A DNA stretch of 60,047 nucleotides, counting the filler, from Circinaria calcarea (lineage: Eukaryota), in the NCBI GenBank assembly GCA_051942165.1. It is 8 parts of 8 records of this genome, joined end to end, with 100 filler letters (N's around TTAATTAATTAA, not from the genome) between each part and the next. Parts side by side here need not be neighbours in the genome. Positions count along the whole stretch, not along the records: positions 7,526 to 14,948 come from JAVECS010001332.1; positions 15,049 to 22,470 come from JAVECS010001333.1; positions 22,571 to 29,990 come from JAVECS010001334.1; 5 more parts are not named here. One strand, 5' to 3'. The notes beneath the pieces are model-generated. The model searched no databases. It was not told the origin of the DNA and saw only the letters and a program-made list of their open reading frames with translations. Below are positions 10,019-23,511 of the stretch, in pieces; position 1 is the first letter of the stretch, and every line of letters begins with the position of its first letter. Made by a program: the position numbers and the translations under genes.

Positions 10019-11100
10019 ATGACATTGATTTTATTGCGCCGAGCTTGCTTCAGAAGCTCTGTCAAACCAATATTCTCTACTCCAACCCCCTTCATGCGTC
10101 AAAGGTCTACTAGTGCGCTGCTGCCCTCATACTTGGTAACACCCAAAGAGCTCTGGGAGGCCCTTGACACAAATGCTTCAAGGGAGACCACTAGTACACG
10201 ATTGATTCCTCTGTGTGCCTCCTGGTTCTTGCCCAATGACCCAAAAGGGCGGACGGGCCAGCAAGTGTTCCAAGAGAAGAGGATTCCTTCAGCACGTTTC
10301 TTTGATCTTGACGCTGTCAAAGATCATGAATCTCCCTACCCACATATGCTACCAACGGCGGAAGCATTCGCAGAAGCTATGAAAGACCTGGGCATACGAA
10401 AGGATGATGAAATCGTTGTTTACGATACGCAAGAGCTGGGAATATTCAGTGCTCCACGCGTCGGATGGACCCTCAAAGTGTTTGGTCATCCTAAAGTCCA
10501 TATTCTAAATAACTTCCGAGTATGGGTGGAACAAGGCTACCCTACAGAGACTGGGGATCTCCATACAATCACCGAGGACAAAAGCAATTATCCTATTCCC
10601 GATTTCAATCCGGATATGGTTGTCAAATTTGCAGAGGTAAAACAGATCGCAAGGGAATACGGCAAAGAGGGGGCAGAGAAGATTCAGGTATTGGATGCCA
10701 GAAGCAAAGGACGTTGGGCAGGCACCGAACCTGAACCCCGGCCGGGTCTACCGAGTGGTCATATACCGGGAAGTTTCAGTGTCCCAGTCACTGATTTGTT
10801 GGATCCAGTGAACAAGACACTACTTCCTGGAAATGACTTGAAGAAGGTCTTTGAGAGTAAAGGGATTGACCCAGCACAGCCCATTATAAGCAGCTGTGGT
10901 ACTGGAGTGACTGCTGCTGTGATTGATGCTGCACTTCACGAGGCAGACTTTGGCAAAGTCCAGGACAGGAGATTGTACGATGGCAGCTGGACGTAAGTAC
11001 TGTCATCCCGAATCTATGGGTAAATGCTAACGTGCGACACAGCGAATGGGCGCAACGTGCTTCGGAGGCCGACGGTCTAATCAAGAAAGAGACAATATGA
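10019..11100 (+). CDS. TUM1: Thiosulfate/3-mercaptopyruvate sulfurtransferase (tandem rhodanese)
   Basis: RIPSARFFDLD..PHMLP, DARSKGRW.GTEPEPR..GHIPGS, active site CGTGVT, LYDGSWTEW after intron 10993-11042. The N-terminus resembles a mitochondrial targeting peptide. Confidence 0.92.
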
Positions 11101-11988
11101 GCACATGACTATACGATGCTGTTGTTGGACGGATAGATTTTGAAGTGGCTGGTAGGGCTAAGCTGGAGTACATAGGATGGTCTGGTCGACTTCTGTGTTG
11201 ATATTTATACTTGTAGATACCCTTATATCAACTGTACCAACAACTATGTGATGAGAGATATACTGACCATCGATCAATGTGACTTCCCCATATGTTCATA
11301 TCTGATCTGCCATCAAGGGTGCAAGATAGGTCAGATTTAACGAAGCAGAAAACCTCTCCATAGATGATAACGTAGTTGCATATTGTTGCAACACTAACTT
11401 TAGGCCTCAGATCTCCCCATGTATCTCCTCACGAAAAAGGCCTCGAAGATTGGATCCTTCTACGGAGTACTTTTCGAAACGTCGCGTAAAATGTCAACAT
11501 CACAAATTGAAAATCAGAAAGTACAATAGCACCGCCAAACGGGCCGATGCACGTGGCAATCGACCTAAAAAGTTAGTGGCCTACTCTCGGACGACTCTGC
11601 TGCAAATCTTCACACGCTCCATGACCCGACAGTCAAGAACGATATCCAAGCTTATGAGTCCAACCATCTTACGAAACTTGGGTCATCCTAATGCTCTCAT
11701 CCCCTCCCTCCGCCAACAGCCTCTTGGGACTCCGGGAGGTTAGAGAGATCGTTCAAGATGACCAGCAGGCCAGCTTCATCTTACGGAAGTCTTAACACAA
11801 GTATGCCTTTACTTTCCGTCCTCCCTTCCTCCCTTTGCCCATCGTCGGCGAACCAGATGTTCGTTTGGTGTTGATCACGTCCGTGTCTCTGGTTGGTAGC
11901 CATCTCACCCTCAATAGGTCCTGCCAATGGGCTTGCCCACATTGCTTTACCGTGTCCATGAACTAGATTATGCTTTGCTTGCAACGAC

Positions 11989-14378
11989 ATGACTACCAAC
12001 ATGGAGAACCTTACTTGCGTCGTTGACGCTGCCACTCTGGTTGACAACATCCACGAGATTAAGAAATGGGTCTATGATGGCTATATACGCCTACACATCC
12101 CCACTAGTAGTACGTTCTCAACTTCTGTCAAAAACTGGCACCTGCTCATGTTCTTTAAAAGCCTTCGAGTTGGTCGAGCAGCTCTATCAATCCTCAATCG
12201 TACCAAAGGAAGCACCAAAGGAGCCTCCTCCAAAAAGGTCATCATCCAAGGCAGTGGCGCGCAAGGAACAACCTCCATTCGATATCAATCCTCGAGTTGC
12301 ACGAGAGTTCCTCCTACGAGCGCAGTCTGAAGTAGATGGCAGCATAACCTTTCAACGGCCCAATGAGCAATTCACACAATGGAAGGAAGAAGAGGAGTCG
12401 GCATTGAAAGTCGAGCAGCCTCCTGAGGAGCGTCCTACTAGCTTTGCCCAGGCACTACTTCGGAAACTAAATATTTCAGATGGGGGTGATGGAACAAATG
12501 GCTCCAAAGGTTTGTGAGATTCCACGTTTGTCCTGACTGGAAGCTAAATATGTGTTAGCTTTAGCAAAGCCAAGGCTTGTGGCTAGGGATGCTGCTACAC
12601 CCAAGTCACCTTGGAAATACCACAAAGTTCCGACAGTCTCTACCGAGGGGGTGCCAGTATCTATCAAACCATTACTTAGCTGTATACTTTGGCGACTCCA
12701 CGAATACGAGAATAATCCACTCATGCCCGATTTATTTGTCCTTCTCTCGGACGATCATGAAACTAGTACAGTCGTGCAGAAGTTAGGTATCCCTATCAAA
12801 AGTACCAATGCTCTCTATGAGTCATTACAGAATCGGCGGAATTACCAGGACGAACGGGATATTGTGGGCCAGTTGGAAAAGGAGTTTGCGGTCAAGAAAA
12901 GAGAGCGGCCAACAGAGACAATAGGTGAAAGTCCGAAGACGGCTGGGGAAAAACTGCTTTCTGATGCCTGCGCAGACACGTGCACTGGAAGTGAAGTTAC
13001 TACGACTACGCATAGCGAAAGACCTAATGATAAGATTGTATCTGAGATTACGATGGACGGTGAGGACAAGGGGCAAATTAGTCCGATCAAAGAACTTGAA
13101 GACAACAAGGACGAAGCCAACCGCTCGGAGAAGCAGCCAGGAGACGACAAATCTGTAAAGCTGAATGGTGGCGTCAAGCATGAAAGCAGCGAAAACGCAG
13201 GAGTGAAATCTAATAATGATTCTACCAGCTCATCTGATATTTTGCTTAATGGTCCTTCCATTGTGGTTGAGGACCAGCAAGCATATCTAGAGCCTGCGAC
13301 AGATGGTATTATTGGGCATAACAAGATAAACGGAGAAAAAGCAATTATAGAGGGACACCCGGATCACATGCAAACAGCAAACGTTCAAGTCGCTGGCAAT
13401 CTGGGTATTACTGCTGAAACAGGTGAGGACAGTGAGGACAGTGACGATGATGAAGTTGTTGTGTTCGATCCCAAGTCACGGAGATCCTCAGGCATACCTA
13501 AAGTGCCGACAGAGCCAACAAAGCCTGCTACCACTCCAATCAGCTATCTCAAGGCCTTGGAATCTGGCTTACCGAGGAAACCCATTGAATCATTTAAGTC
13601 AACTGCTATCGCAACGCCACCTCAAACTCCTCGGCCGGATTTGTTCAAGCCTGAAACTCTGTCGGAGACTCAAGTTGAAACCCCAGCCGGGAAACGTCCT
13701 TCAAGTTCAGGTGTCGGCACAGCTCGCAAACCCCCTTCAGCTCAGGTTCGGCATCCTAAGCGTCATTCGGGCCACGTACAATATCCGCCGGCTATCGTTT
13801 CTAATTTGCAAGATCAGATTGCCGTCCAGGTTCAAGTCCAAACACCTGCTCTAGTCCCTTCCCAAATCCAACGTCGACCTACACCTGTCCCTCAGCCGCA
13901 AGCCGAGAACCAGAACGAAAATAGCCATCTAAGCCAACCGGATAGTGATGTTCAGGATCAAGGTCCGACCGTTCTTCCGAACGATATACTGAGTGCCGTC
14001 CAGCCTCCGGCGCAAAGTGTGATTCAGAGTCAATTTCAAAGGGTCGATCAACCTAAGAGTCACCATCCCTCCCAGCGTTCTACTCAATACGCCGTCCACC
14101 GGTTCGACCAAGCATCAGGAGGCGTGCGGAGACAAGTCCACAAACAACCAACTTCTCAACCTACAGTCATAGATCCTGACGCGTTTGATCGCTCTTATAT
14201 TATCAAGCCTCGACCCCATACCCCCAATGGTATCTCCAACGGTAATCACCGTGTCCCCTCTCCCCGACTGAGTCCACGGCGAGCTGCGGGGACGCCTGAA
14301 GCTGAAGTTGACTTTGTGCTTAAATCAGGAGCACCGAGGGCCGCTACAAGAGGGAGAGGGAAGTTGTGGGTACCGTAG
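11989..14378 (+). CDS. PIN-like domain protein with a long disordered C-terminus
   Basis: N-terminal CVVDAATLVDNI..IRLHIP, then LFVLLSDD. Two introns (about 12110-12161 and 12510-12560). C-terminus VDFVLKSGAPR..RGRGKLWVP. Confidence 0.65.
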
Positions 14379-14948
14379 GTATTACAACAAAGCGAATGGC
14401 CAAAAAGACAGCATTCCTTGGTTCAAAATGGAAATCCGAGGTGTTTAGAGCTGCCACGTGGGTTGGTTTTAATACTACGGATGGCAGGATCGACGGACAG
14501 GATACATTAGGTCATCATCTCCTTTGGCGAACTCCAGCTCAGTGAGCAAAGCCACTGGCTGATCGACCGGAGAAAGTGAGCTGCTTTCATCATAACACTA
14601 TTACAGATTGGTTTCACCCGGTGGAATGATGGATGCTTTGATAAGAAAAGGGATACGGAGGCTTTGATCCGGGGCTGGCCTGGGCTACTACAGATTGACA
14701 CAAGGTATCCGCAAGCAAAACGCTCGGATCAAGAGTCTCTGCATGAGCGAGCAGGGAACGGGGTCACGGGGGGGGGGAATGATTTCTTATTCTAAATTGG
14801 ACCAACCATGAAATTGTTCTCTGTCCCCTTGGCGTATTGCGTCGTGCTTTTTTTCCCCTAAGGCTTATTCGGGCCGTGTTTTTGTTCTTGTTCGTTTTTG
14901 TGTTCTTTCTTGTAGATCGGCAGGTAAATAATGAAACGAGGAAAGTGA

Positions 14949-15048
14949 NNNNNNNNNNNNNNNNNNNNNNNNNNNNNNNNNNNNNNNNNNNNTTAATTAA
15001 TTAANNNNNNNNNNNNNNNNNNNNNNNNNNNNNNNNNNNNNNNNNNNN
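14949..15048. other. Artificial contig linker
   Basis: 44 N + TTAATTAATTAA + 44 N. Confidence 0.99.
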
Positions 15049-15233
15049 TGACCATAGATGTTGGAAGAGACAACGCTAGGTTTTCCACGTCGTCGGATTT
15101 TATAGGCACGAGGGGACTGTGCCTTTGGAGCGGTGTCCTCCTGTTCTGGGGTCTTGGGCCCTTCGCCGTCGGTATAATGGAAAGTAAAATTGCGGGGAAG
15201 AGTGATGGATAATTGGGGTCGGCCCTTGGTCAT
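15049..15233 (-). CDS. N-terminal fragment of a hypothetical fungal protein, truncated at the contig end
   Basis: ATG at 15233, MTKGRPQLSITLPRNFTFHYTDGEGPKTPE, open to the linker. Confidence 0.55.
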
Positions 15234-18200
15234 GGTGACTGGTAGACGACTGGATCGTCCAAAAAGGGCTGCTAGCTGATCGGATGTATGCAGGCAGACG
15301 AGACTCTCACAATATGTGTCTCTGATTCTGAAGCTATCCACGTCTAAGCGTTAAGACGTGTCTTGATGTCAATCGAGAGGTGTAACTGTTAGATGATCTC
15401 TCCGCGCAAAATTAGGTAATGATCGTATGGTAGAGCCAATGTGTCTGTGAGCTTGGTAGTGGTTTGTAGGTATCTAAGCTAGCCCAAGGAGAAGTTCTCC
15501 TTGTGGTGATTAGGCCTGCGATGACGGTCTTCGCTCTAATTGTTCTGTCCTCTAGACGGTGCTACTCCTCTTGGATGAGCGGTGAATCGATCGAGTAGGT
15601 GCGGCTAATCCGGATCAGCTGGACATTGATTCACAGCAGTGGCTCCAGACACCGGCGAGGCTTAGCAATACAAGTGCTGGGTGTGTGAAGGTAGCAAGTC
15701 GAAGAGTCTGTCTCGCGTCGGTATGACGTTGGACAGAGCAGCGCAAAGCCACCTTTTGCTTGAGATGAGCAGCGACTGCTGGGGCAAGGTGCAAAGAGCA
15801 AAAGCTTGAGGATGAAGCACTGCTATGAAGCCGAGACAGGTTCTCTCTTAGCGCACCGAAAGAGCTCGTGAGCGTTTGGTAGTCGCGCAAGCTTTGGATG
15901 GATGGAGTGGAGGTTGAAAACGCGTGAGACGGCAGCCTTGGCGATCAAACGCGACTAGAGAGCAAAGTAGGGCGAAGAGGGTTCCCCTCCCAACCGGAAG
16001 ATGTGATGCGGTTTTAATGAGCGACAATCGAACAGGAGCAAGAGTGCGTCTGTAACGAAGGATCAACGTATCCCAATGAGGCGATGTGGTGGAGTGGAAA
16101 TAGAAGGCGAAGCGCGCAAAGCTGAGGTGGAGAGGTGAAAGGTGAGGGATGAGAGGTGGTGTGGTTGGGTTGGGGTTTGGGCCGATTCGCAGGGAGGAGG
16201 ACCAAAACTTCAAACGCCACTAAAATGTCCGTCGCGTCGGCCCACGCGCTAGTTTCAACCAGCACCTCTGGTACTCTGGTACGCAAAAATAGAAAAACCA
16301 TTTACGGAGAACCTTGGGTAGGGTTCGAAACAGGAACATGTGCATCTATCCACAGTGGTAAAGCCCTAGCCCGGTTCGAGGCCATGGCAGATAACGCGAC
16401 CTGCACCCGAGTGTTGTCATTCCTCCTCTTCACCTTCGGTTCTTGCTGTGCTGCGGCATTCCAAGAGGGGAAGGCTACCAATGCAAGAACACTCTACTCA
16501 CACTAGATTTGCAAGAAGGCCTAGACAGCGTGGGTAGACTAACTGCCGCCGAAGCCTGTACTCTGTATGGCGGCCCTTTCTCTCCTCCTCGCTTGGTCTT
16601 CTCGCTCGGAAGCGGGGTGCGGGGAGGAAGATAGAATACAATGCAGGGATCTGACCACGACGCGTTTTGGGAAAATTGGGAATACATGGTAACTCTTCCG
16701 TGTTGCGAACCGCTAAGCAAAACCCGGAACCGGAGTTTATCTCGTTTTAATCTTTCTACATGTACGATCAATCCCCGTTTCAGAGTAGCGGCTTACGTAC
16801 TACTGGCTTGTAGCCTTGGACACACCATTATTGAAGGCATATCCGCTAAGTTGGTAGAGTGGGCAGTACTCCTCTCACCAGACCGATCCGGTACCCGGCG
16901 GAGAGAAGACGGTTGGGAATGGAATATTCAAATACGAGAGCGACGGATGTTTTTGCCATTCTGGTGGTGCTATCTCAGATACTCATGCGATGCAGGCCAC
17001 GACGACATCCTAAGAGGTTAACCACCTACCGCAGTAAGCTGCGACGGAGCGGGGCGCGTCCATGTCGCTAAGGACTTGGATATACTGACCAACGAAGCCA
17101 TATCTGCACTTTTGCGCGTGTTGAAACAACCAAGGTTGTCCTGCGACGCCTGCGTTTCAGGGGTCGAATGGTTTTACGGCGTGTATCAATCTCACCTTGT
17201 ACCAGCCTATCAGGCTCTGCTGTACGCAAGAAATAAAGCGCTGATAACCACTATGGCTTTATGACAGGACTTACCTAAGGTGCAGTGGAAGCCGCTTTGC
17301 ATGTTATGCTTGGCGCTGGTCGCATCTGCTGATATGTATCTTGTTGGAATAAGTATGACATACAGGTGTAATGGGTTGCATTGCATGAGATGTCTCTATC
17401 CCATGGGCGCATTGATCAGTACATAGACAGAATTCTGAACAATATGGTAGCCCATGGAAAGCCCATACGCGAGTCGACCAAAGCAATAAACACGGTCTCC
17501 GCTTAACAATGTTGGCTTAACTGCCCCTTTTTCCAACTCGGTACTCGTTCCCCACAAGCGCATACTCCCCCATATATATATGCTCATACCCACACAGTAG
17601 CCATGGATATATTCCCTTAGATCCATATCGTAGCCGTGGGAGCCAGCTCATCAATCTAAAGGGTTCCAGGTAATAAGCTCTTAAACCATTCGCTTTATTG
17701 AAATTCACCCGTATACACCCAGTAGGCTTACCATAGCGTAAGTATCATCCAGAGGAAATGATTGTTAGCGCAGGAGGTTCTAGAATACTTTTTGCAACAG
17801 CTGCAGCAAGCCCCGAATGATGCGTCCAAAATTAAATAGAAAAGGCCGGAATTGATGTATCGGAGGATCTATTCAATGGGTTTTATATTTCCCTCTTCCA
17901 CCAGGGTTTTTACATACGGTTGTTGAGTGCAACCAGGGGGGGTTTATCGAAAACCCGTACTAAGGACTATCTCGCCTAGCGAAACCACAAGAATAAAGCA
18001 GCGCGGGGGGTTGTTGCCCATAATAGCCGGATCCAACAGGCCGTTTCACCCCAATATTCACCCTTTTGTCAATGGGAACCTTCACCGCGATTGCTTTTCC
18101 GACTGGTTTCCCCCGCCCATGGTGATCTGTGTTGTTATCGGGGCCGATTCTAATATCCCTCGGTGAATGCTCGGGTTTGATTTCATCCGTATTTATACAA

Positions 18201-18323
18201 TGTCACGCATCTATTTGGTACGGGGTCAATTATCCGGAATGTCACACGGCTTTGGTCCGGTCGGATCGTAGCTTTTTGTCTTTTCTCAGGAGAGGTGGGT
18301 AATCCTTTTTGCTTTATATACAC

Positions 18324-19981
18324 CTATTCAATTCTATTATTCAACCAGGGGTCGTCAAGAAGCTCTTTGGCTGTCTTCCTATGCTCTGGTACCCACTGAA
18401 GCATAGAGGTCATGAAGTTTACAAAGAGCTCCTTTTTTTTCCCTTCGAGGCTTCCTTCCAATTGCTCCAGGCTAGTGCGACCCGGCATGGGCACAGTGTC
18501 CCGCCAGTTTCCTAAGAACCCATGCTCAGCTGCCGGATTCATGAGCATATCAATAAGACACACACCATCGTCATCGAAAAATTCGGCGCTCCTTTTGCCA
18601 CGTTCAATTAACTCTGCAGGCGGCGGCCCAATCAAGGCGATCATCTCTGCGAGATGGGCACGAGTTGAATATGCTTTCCTATCCGGGTCCCGGCCAGAGA
18701 ATAGAGTCCTTCCTTCGAATAAGTCCCATATCTTTTCAACGTGAGCATTTCAATTTATTTTCGCGCATGGCTGTGAACTACAACTTACCATAACGCCAAC
18801 GTTCCATATGTCAATACTATAACTCCACTTCATTTCTAGCAGAACCTCCGGTGATCTATAGAGGGATGGCCCAGCTTTCCGCATGTTATCAGCGTCCCCC
18901 TTCACTGCGGATCCGAAATCTGACAGGATAGGTTCACCCGTAGGCGGCCATCCAAACAGCCGGGAGGCATAAACAATGGAGTCTTCAACCTGCTTGCGGG
19001 GCGACGGATACTTCAGTTCCTGATCGACGAAGCTGTTAAGCATGGATCTGTCATCAATCTCCAACAGAATATTATTGACGCTGATGTCTTTAGATGTCTA
19101 TAATCAGCAAGAACCCGCAGCAGCATCACAAGCTTAGAATCATACCTGTATGAATAACTTTCCTATCTGTGTGCAAGTAATCAAGCGCTTGAAGCAGACA
19201 ATAGACAGTGGCTCTAAGTAGCTGCTCTGTAAATTTCTGGCGGTAGGGATTCCGGACCATCATATCTCTTAAGCTACCCCAAAGTGGGATGTGGACAAGG
19301 CAATGATGTTCGCCTCCGGCTCTGGGTATCTTGAAAGAGTCTAAAGCTGTCCTGACAAAGCGCTTCCCAATGTGAGATGGATTACCTTTGCTAAGATGCT
19401 CATACATGTCGATTTCTCCGTCATTCTGATGGTCGCGTGTGAAGACTTTTAGGGCCACATGTCGATGAGCTCTGTGGCGGTATTAGCAAAGACCAAGTAA
19501 TATTATCTAGCATTTTGACTATTGATCTTCGATTCTCTCAATCCAAACAATCTACATCACGCCTCTCAACGTTGGGATTATGGTCCAGGGGCTTGAGGGC
19601 CAGCATTGCGATAAAGAGACGAACAAATTGCCAGGTCAGAGACCGGAACTGTGGAGCTATATTCGCGTAACATGTAATAGACTTGATGCTGGACATCGAA
19701 ATCTAAAAAGCAGAATGAGAATCAATTGCTTACTCCAAGTTTCGCGCTAACCAGACTGTCGACGAGACTCCAAACCCAAGCTTGCCAACAACCTGATATT
19801 TCGAAGCGAACACATCTCCTATGCGTACAGGGTAGTATTTCCCGGTCGCATAGTCCTCGAATGCTTCCTCTTCCAGCTTTTGAGCGGCGCCGACAAACTC
19901 ATAATTCGTGTTCAGGAAAGAGATTGGTGGAGAAGGAGCTCTCCTGGTACAGTTTCTCGCCCATCGTAACATGGTAGTCAT
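18324..19981 (-). CDS. SRPK-like (CMGC) Ser/Thr protein kinase
   Basis: YYPVRIGDVF..YQVVGKLGFGVSSTVWLAR, VALKV, VIHT|DISVNNIL, ILSDFGSA, YRSPEV, IDIWNVG, RKTAKELLDDPWL. Multi-exon. Confidence 0.9.
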
Positions 19982-20942
19982 GGTTCAAGCCCTCGAAGAC
20001 GACATTCCAAAGGAGAGAATGTCCAGTGAAACAACGTGATGACAACGTGATGTCAACTGAAGGAAAAGATATATGGAAGCGGCATATATTCGCTTACAAG
20101 CCGATACTAACCTCATCGGGTAATTAACCCTAGCATGGCGGGCGGCTTCCGAGGCAAGCTTGGGAAGGAATTACACTAAGTAACACCAAATGCTCTGCAG
20201 ATGTCGGAAGCCTCCTCGAGAGACGGAAGTGCCAAGGCCTAGAACTATTGGAATTCCCGCCCTGACGCCGCTTCTTGTGGATGTCAACTCCGTCCTTCGT
20301 TGCGGTTTTGCATTCCAAGCGGTACCTATTTACAACACCTACGCGTTCGACGTCGAATGTCCCAACGACTACCGCCGAGGCAGAGGAACCGAAACAGAAT
20401 CCTCACTTGGCCTTTCCATTCAACACTGAGCAGGATTAGCATGTTCCCCCCTGTTTGAGGCATGTACGGCTGGGTCATCTGGACGGGATTACACACCCCT
20501 ACGGCTCCATGTGAGATTACATCATGTGAACCTGGCTATACATTCGGTCTGATAAGATGGGGATTTTTACTATTTCAATATTCTGTCAACCTTCCAAGCA
20601 CTGGGATCAGCAATCTAACATTGCCAAAATTCCCCCACTTTCCAAACTCTAACTACCGGCCAGACATTGCATCTATTGCAACTGGGTAGCACTCGGCCCC
20701 GATTCAGCCTTTATGGAATCCCTTACAATTGGGACGTTAAACCTACTCGTTCACCAAATTCGTGCCAAGGGGACAAATTCTCCCATCTCTCGTCTTTGTA
20801 GATCTTCTCCTTCTTGCGAAAGTTTATGGTTTCACTTCCAGTTCCACCTCAATGACGATGGTCCTATGCAGAACTTACTGCATGGATTTCAGTACCTGAG
20901 CGGCCGAATAGTCGAAAAGGCAAAGGCAAAAAACATAATCAC

Positions 20943-21488
20943 TCAACAATTATACTTTAGAAAGAGACCTTCGCCGATCCCCTGTGGAACCGACATTGAG
21001 AGCGAGCTATTCGCAGCCGACATGCAAGCTCTGAAATACAGATTGCCGTTGCATGGAATAGTGCCAATAGGGACGTTGCTGACATTGGACCGTAGTTCCG
21101 CAACTCCGATATAGTTGCCCATGCTTGGAGCATCGTCCCAACAGCAAGTGGGAGATATCGCATCCTGCAACTCCCAGACAGCGACCGCGTGACTGTCGGG
21201 GGCGAATCCACGAGACCGTGAAGGGAGATGAAGTTCGAGCTTGCACCCATAAGAGTTTTCGGGTATGGAAAAAGCCAAGAGGCAATCGGTCTGATTGCGT
21301 GGCTCCTGCCTCAAGATGATCTGTTTCGACTGATTGAAGTAAGTTGGAGAGGGCGAGTGAATAGGTACAATCAGCGAAGGGAAAGCCACCGTACAGGTGC
21401 CTAATGACCTTGAGGGATAGTGTCGAGGAGCCCCAGTGCACCAATTGAACGGGAGGAGTATGAAGAGCCAAAATAAGAGAATGTTCAT
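20943..21488 (-). CDS. Small secreted Cys-containing protein, But2 C-terminal domain-like
   Basis: Hydrophobic signal peptide MNILLFWLFILLPF, then FPSLIVPI..LAFSIPENSYGCKLEL..FLKYNC; 181 aa. Confidence 0.6.
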   Translation of the reverse strand: MNILLFWLFILLPFNWCTGAPRHYPSRSLGTCTVAFPSLIVPIHSPSPTYFNQSKQIILRQEPRNQTDCLLAFSIPENSYGCKLELHLPSRSRGFAPDSHAVAVWELQDAISPTCCWDDAPSMGNYIGVAELRSNVSNVPIGTIPCNGNLYFRACMSAANSSLSMSVPQGIGEGLFLKYNC

Positions 21489-22031
21489 CCACTAGCGAAA
21501 AAAAACGTGCAAACTTTCTTGGAGCTCAACAACCGCTGATCACAAACCTTCGGTCAGCTGATCGCCTGGGATTCGTGAAAGCTTAAGGGGAGGTTGCACA
21601 ACATGGGACCATAGAGCGGCTTTTATACTGTGCCAACCCTTCAACCACTCCGATACAGGACTGACAAAGTATCTTATGATATTAGCATAGGGACCTCATA
21701 AGAGACTCAGACTGATTTCAGTATTGGTCACACGGATCATGTTTATCGTTGCCAAGCAGGCTCTTTTGGCATGTTTGCCACTTAGCAGTACGGCCCGGAG
21801 CCGTTTTCTGATCTTGACAAAAGACGCTTCCTATTAGCGAAGGCGGCAGAGATGCAGTATTCGAAATTATCGGTCCTCTCTAGTTTTGCTGTACCACTAG
21901 CCGGCTGCAGAACACTGTATATTTTGAGATCATACGTGTAGAACACGACAGATTAGACTTTTTTTTGCGTATACACAAAATATACACATGATATCCACTC
22001 ATCCAAGTCTTTTAGAAACATCATATCATAC

Positions 22032-22470
22032 CTAGATCCCTTCCTCCCTCTTCATCCTCTGACTCTCCACCAAAGTTCTTATCAATTCCAACGCCACCGT
22101 CCTTCCCTTGAGCACATCCTCCTCTTCCGCTTCCCCGGGGACATGTAGAAACATCACCGGTCTCTCGCCCTTCGGATCCCGCCGCCAGTACTCGACCAGG
22201 CCGGTGTAGTAGATGAAATCGCAGAGATAATGGCCCGCATCATCCGACCGGCGAATATCTTCTTCCTACATGTTGCCGAAGCTGAATTAGCATAGCCCTT
22301 CATTCCATTCCGGCCTTAACCCTATCCCTTTGTATATCAGACGAGAACGAGGAAAGAAACCCCCCACCCCACTTTTTCTCCTCAGACTCACCAACAACCT
22401 CGCCTTGACTTTCTTCCACACCTCCCCAACCGGAAACCCCGTCTCCAGCACCTCCGGCGCCCCCTCATAC
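22032..22470 (-). CDS. Pyroglutamyl peptidase I (C15), 3' part only
   Basis: DIRRSDDAGHYLCDFIYY and VMFLHVP catalytic Cys/His motifs, one intron, stop at 22032-22034. Confidence 0.85.
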
Positions 22471-22570
22471 NNNNNNNNNNNNNNNNNNNNNNNNNNNNNN
22501 NNNNNNNNNNNNNNTTAATTAATTAANNNNNNNNNNNNNNNNNNNNNNNNNNNNNNNNNNNNNNNNNNNN
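22471..22570. other. Artificial contig linker
   Basis: 44 N + TTAATTAATTAA + 44 N. Confidence 0.99.
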
Positions 22571-23256
22571 GGCTTGGAGGGCGTGTTGCGGGTGGAGGGG
22601 GGATTGGTGAATGGTAAGGATTGCCCGTTTCGTTCGTGATGTGTGGGGAGAAACGGGGAAAAGGAGGTTTAAGTGGGATGGAAGTGGAAAGGGGTGCTGA
22701 CTTTGGTGTGGTGGTGGATAGAGATTAAAGGGTTAGATGGGGAGAGGAAAGCGCTGGTCTATGATAACTATTCCAAATTAATTACGGCAACCGAGACGAT
22801 ACGGAAGGTATGTTGTTGGGTTGGCTTGTCTGGATGACTATGAGGGGCGGGCGCTGATGGGAGCTTTGCTAGATGCGTACGAATATGGATCCTTTAACCC
22901 CGGCTACGTCGACCCTCACGCCGGCGATAGCCCATATTGCGGAAACGGCAGCTGCGATTGCGGATTCGCTGCGACATACAACAACAACTTCTGATACCTC
23001 TGGAAGGCTCAAGAGTGAGACGAAAGACAGCGTAGAGGAGAAGAGGAGACAGAAGGCTACGGTAAGGTGGGTCCTTGATAGCCCTCGCCGTTTACGTGGA
23101 AAAGTAGAAAAGGGCGAGAGGGATGCGGCGATGAAAGATTGGGACGAGGTTAGACGTCTCTTGGATAAGTGGGAGGGTACTGTTGGAGTCGATCAAGTGC
23201 GGGAACAGTGTGAAAGAGCAATGGAGAACAGCAGTCATGACAGTAAGGAAACCTGA
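22571..23256 (+). CDS. VPS51: Vps51 (GARP subunit), 5'-truncated
   Basis: EIKGLDGERKALVYDNYSKLITATETIRK|MRTNMDPL motif across two introns. Confidence 0.88.
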
Positions 23257-23511
23257 AGAAGAGTTGCGCATCTGCTATGACGATCGTAATCACGCAAGGC
23301 TACAATGTCTTATGCGGGTATACGTGTTTCTTGGATTCGAGGTTTCGAGACTTGATCAGGACTCCCCCAAGATCTAAATGGTTTGGAACACCTCAAAATT
23401 GCAACCATTGCCAACGCATCCACATCGGCAACGGGTTCGTCTTGCTTGCACTCGGCAAAACTGCCGGTCAAATTCCGCTCGCCAACACAGTCCATTACCC
23501 TGCAGCGGATA

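Noticed and set aside
17880..18300. Weak inverted similarity suggesting a MITE or structured RNA
   Set aside because: The matches are short and gapped, with no target-site duplication or box motifs.
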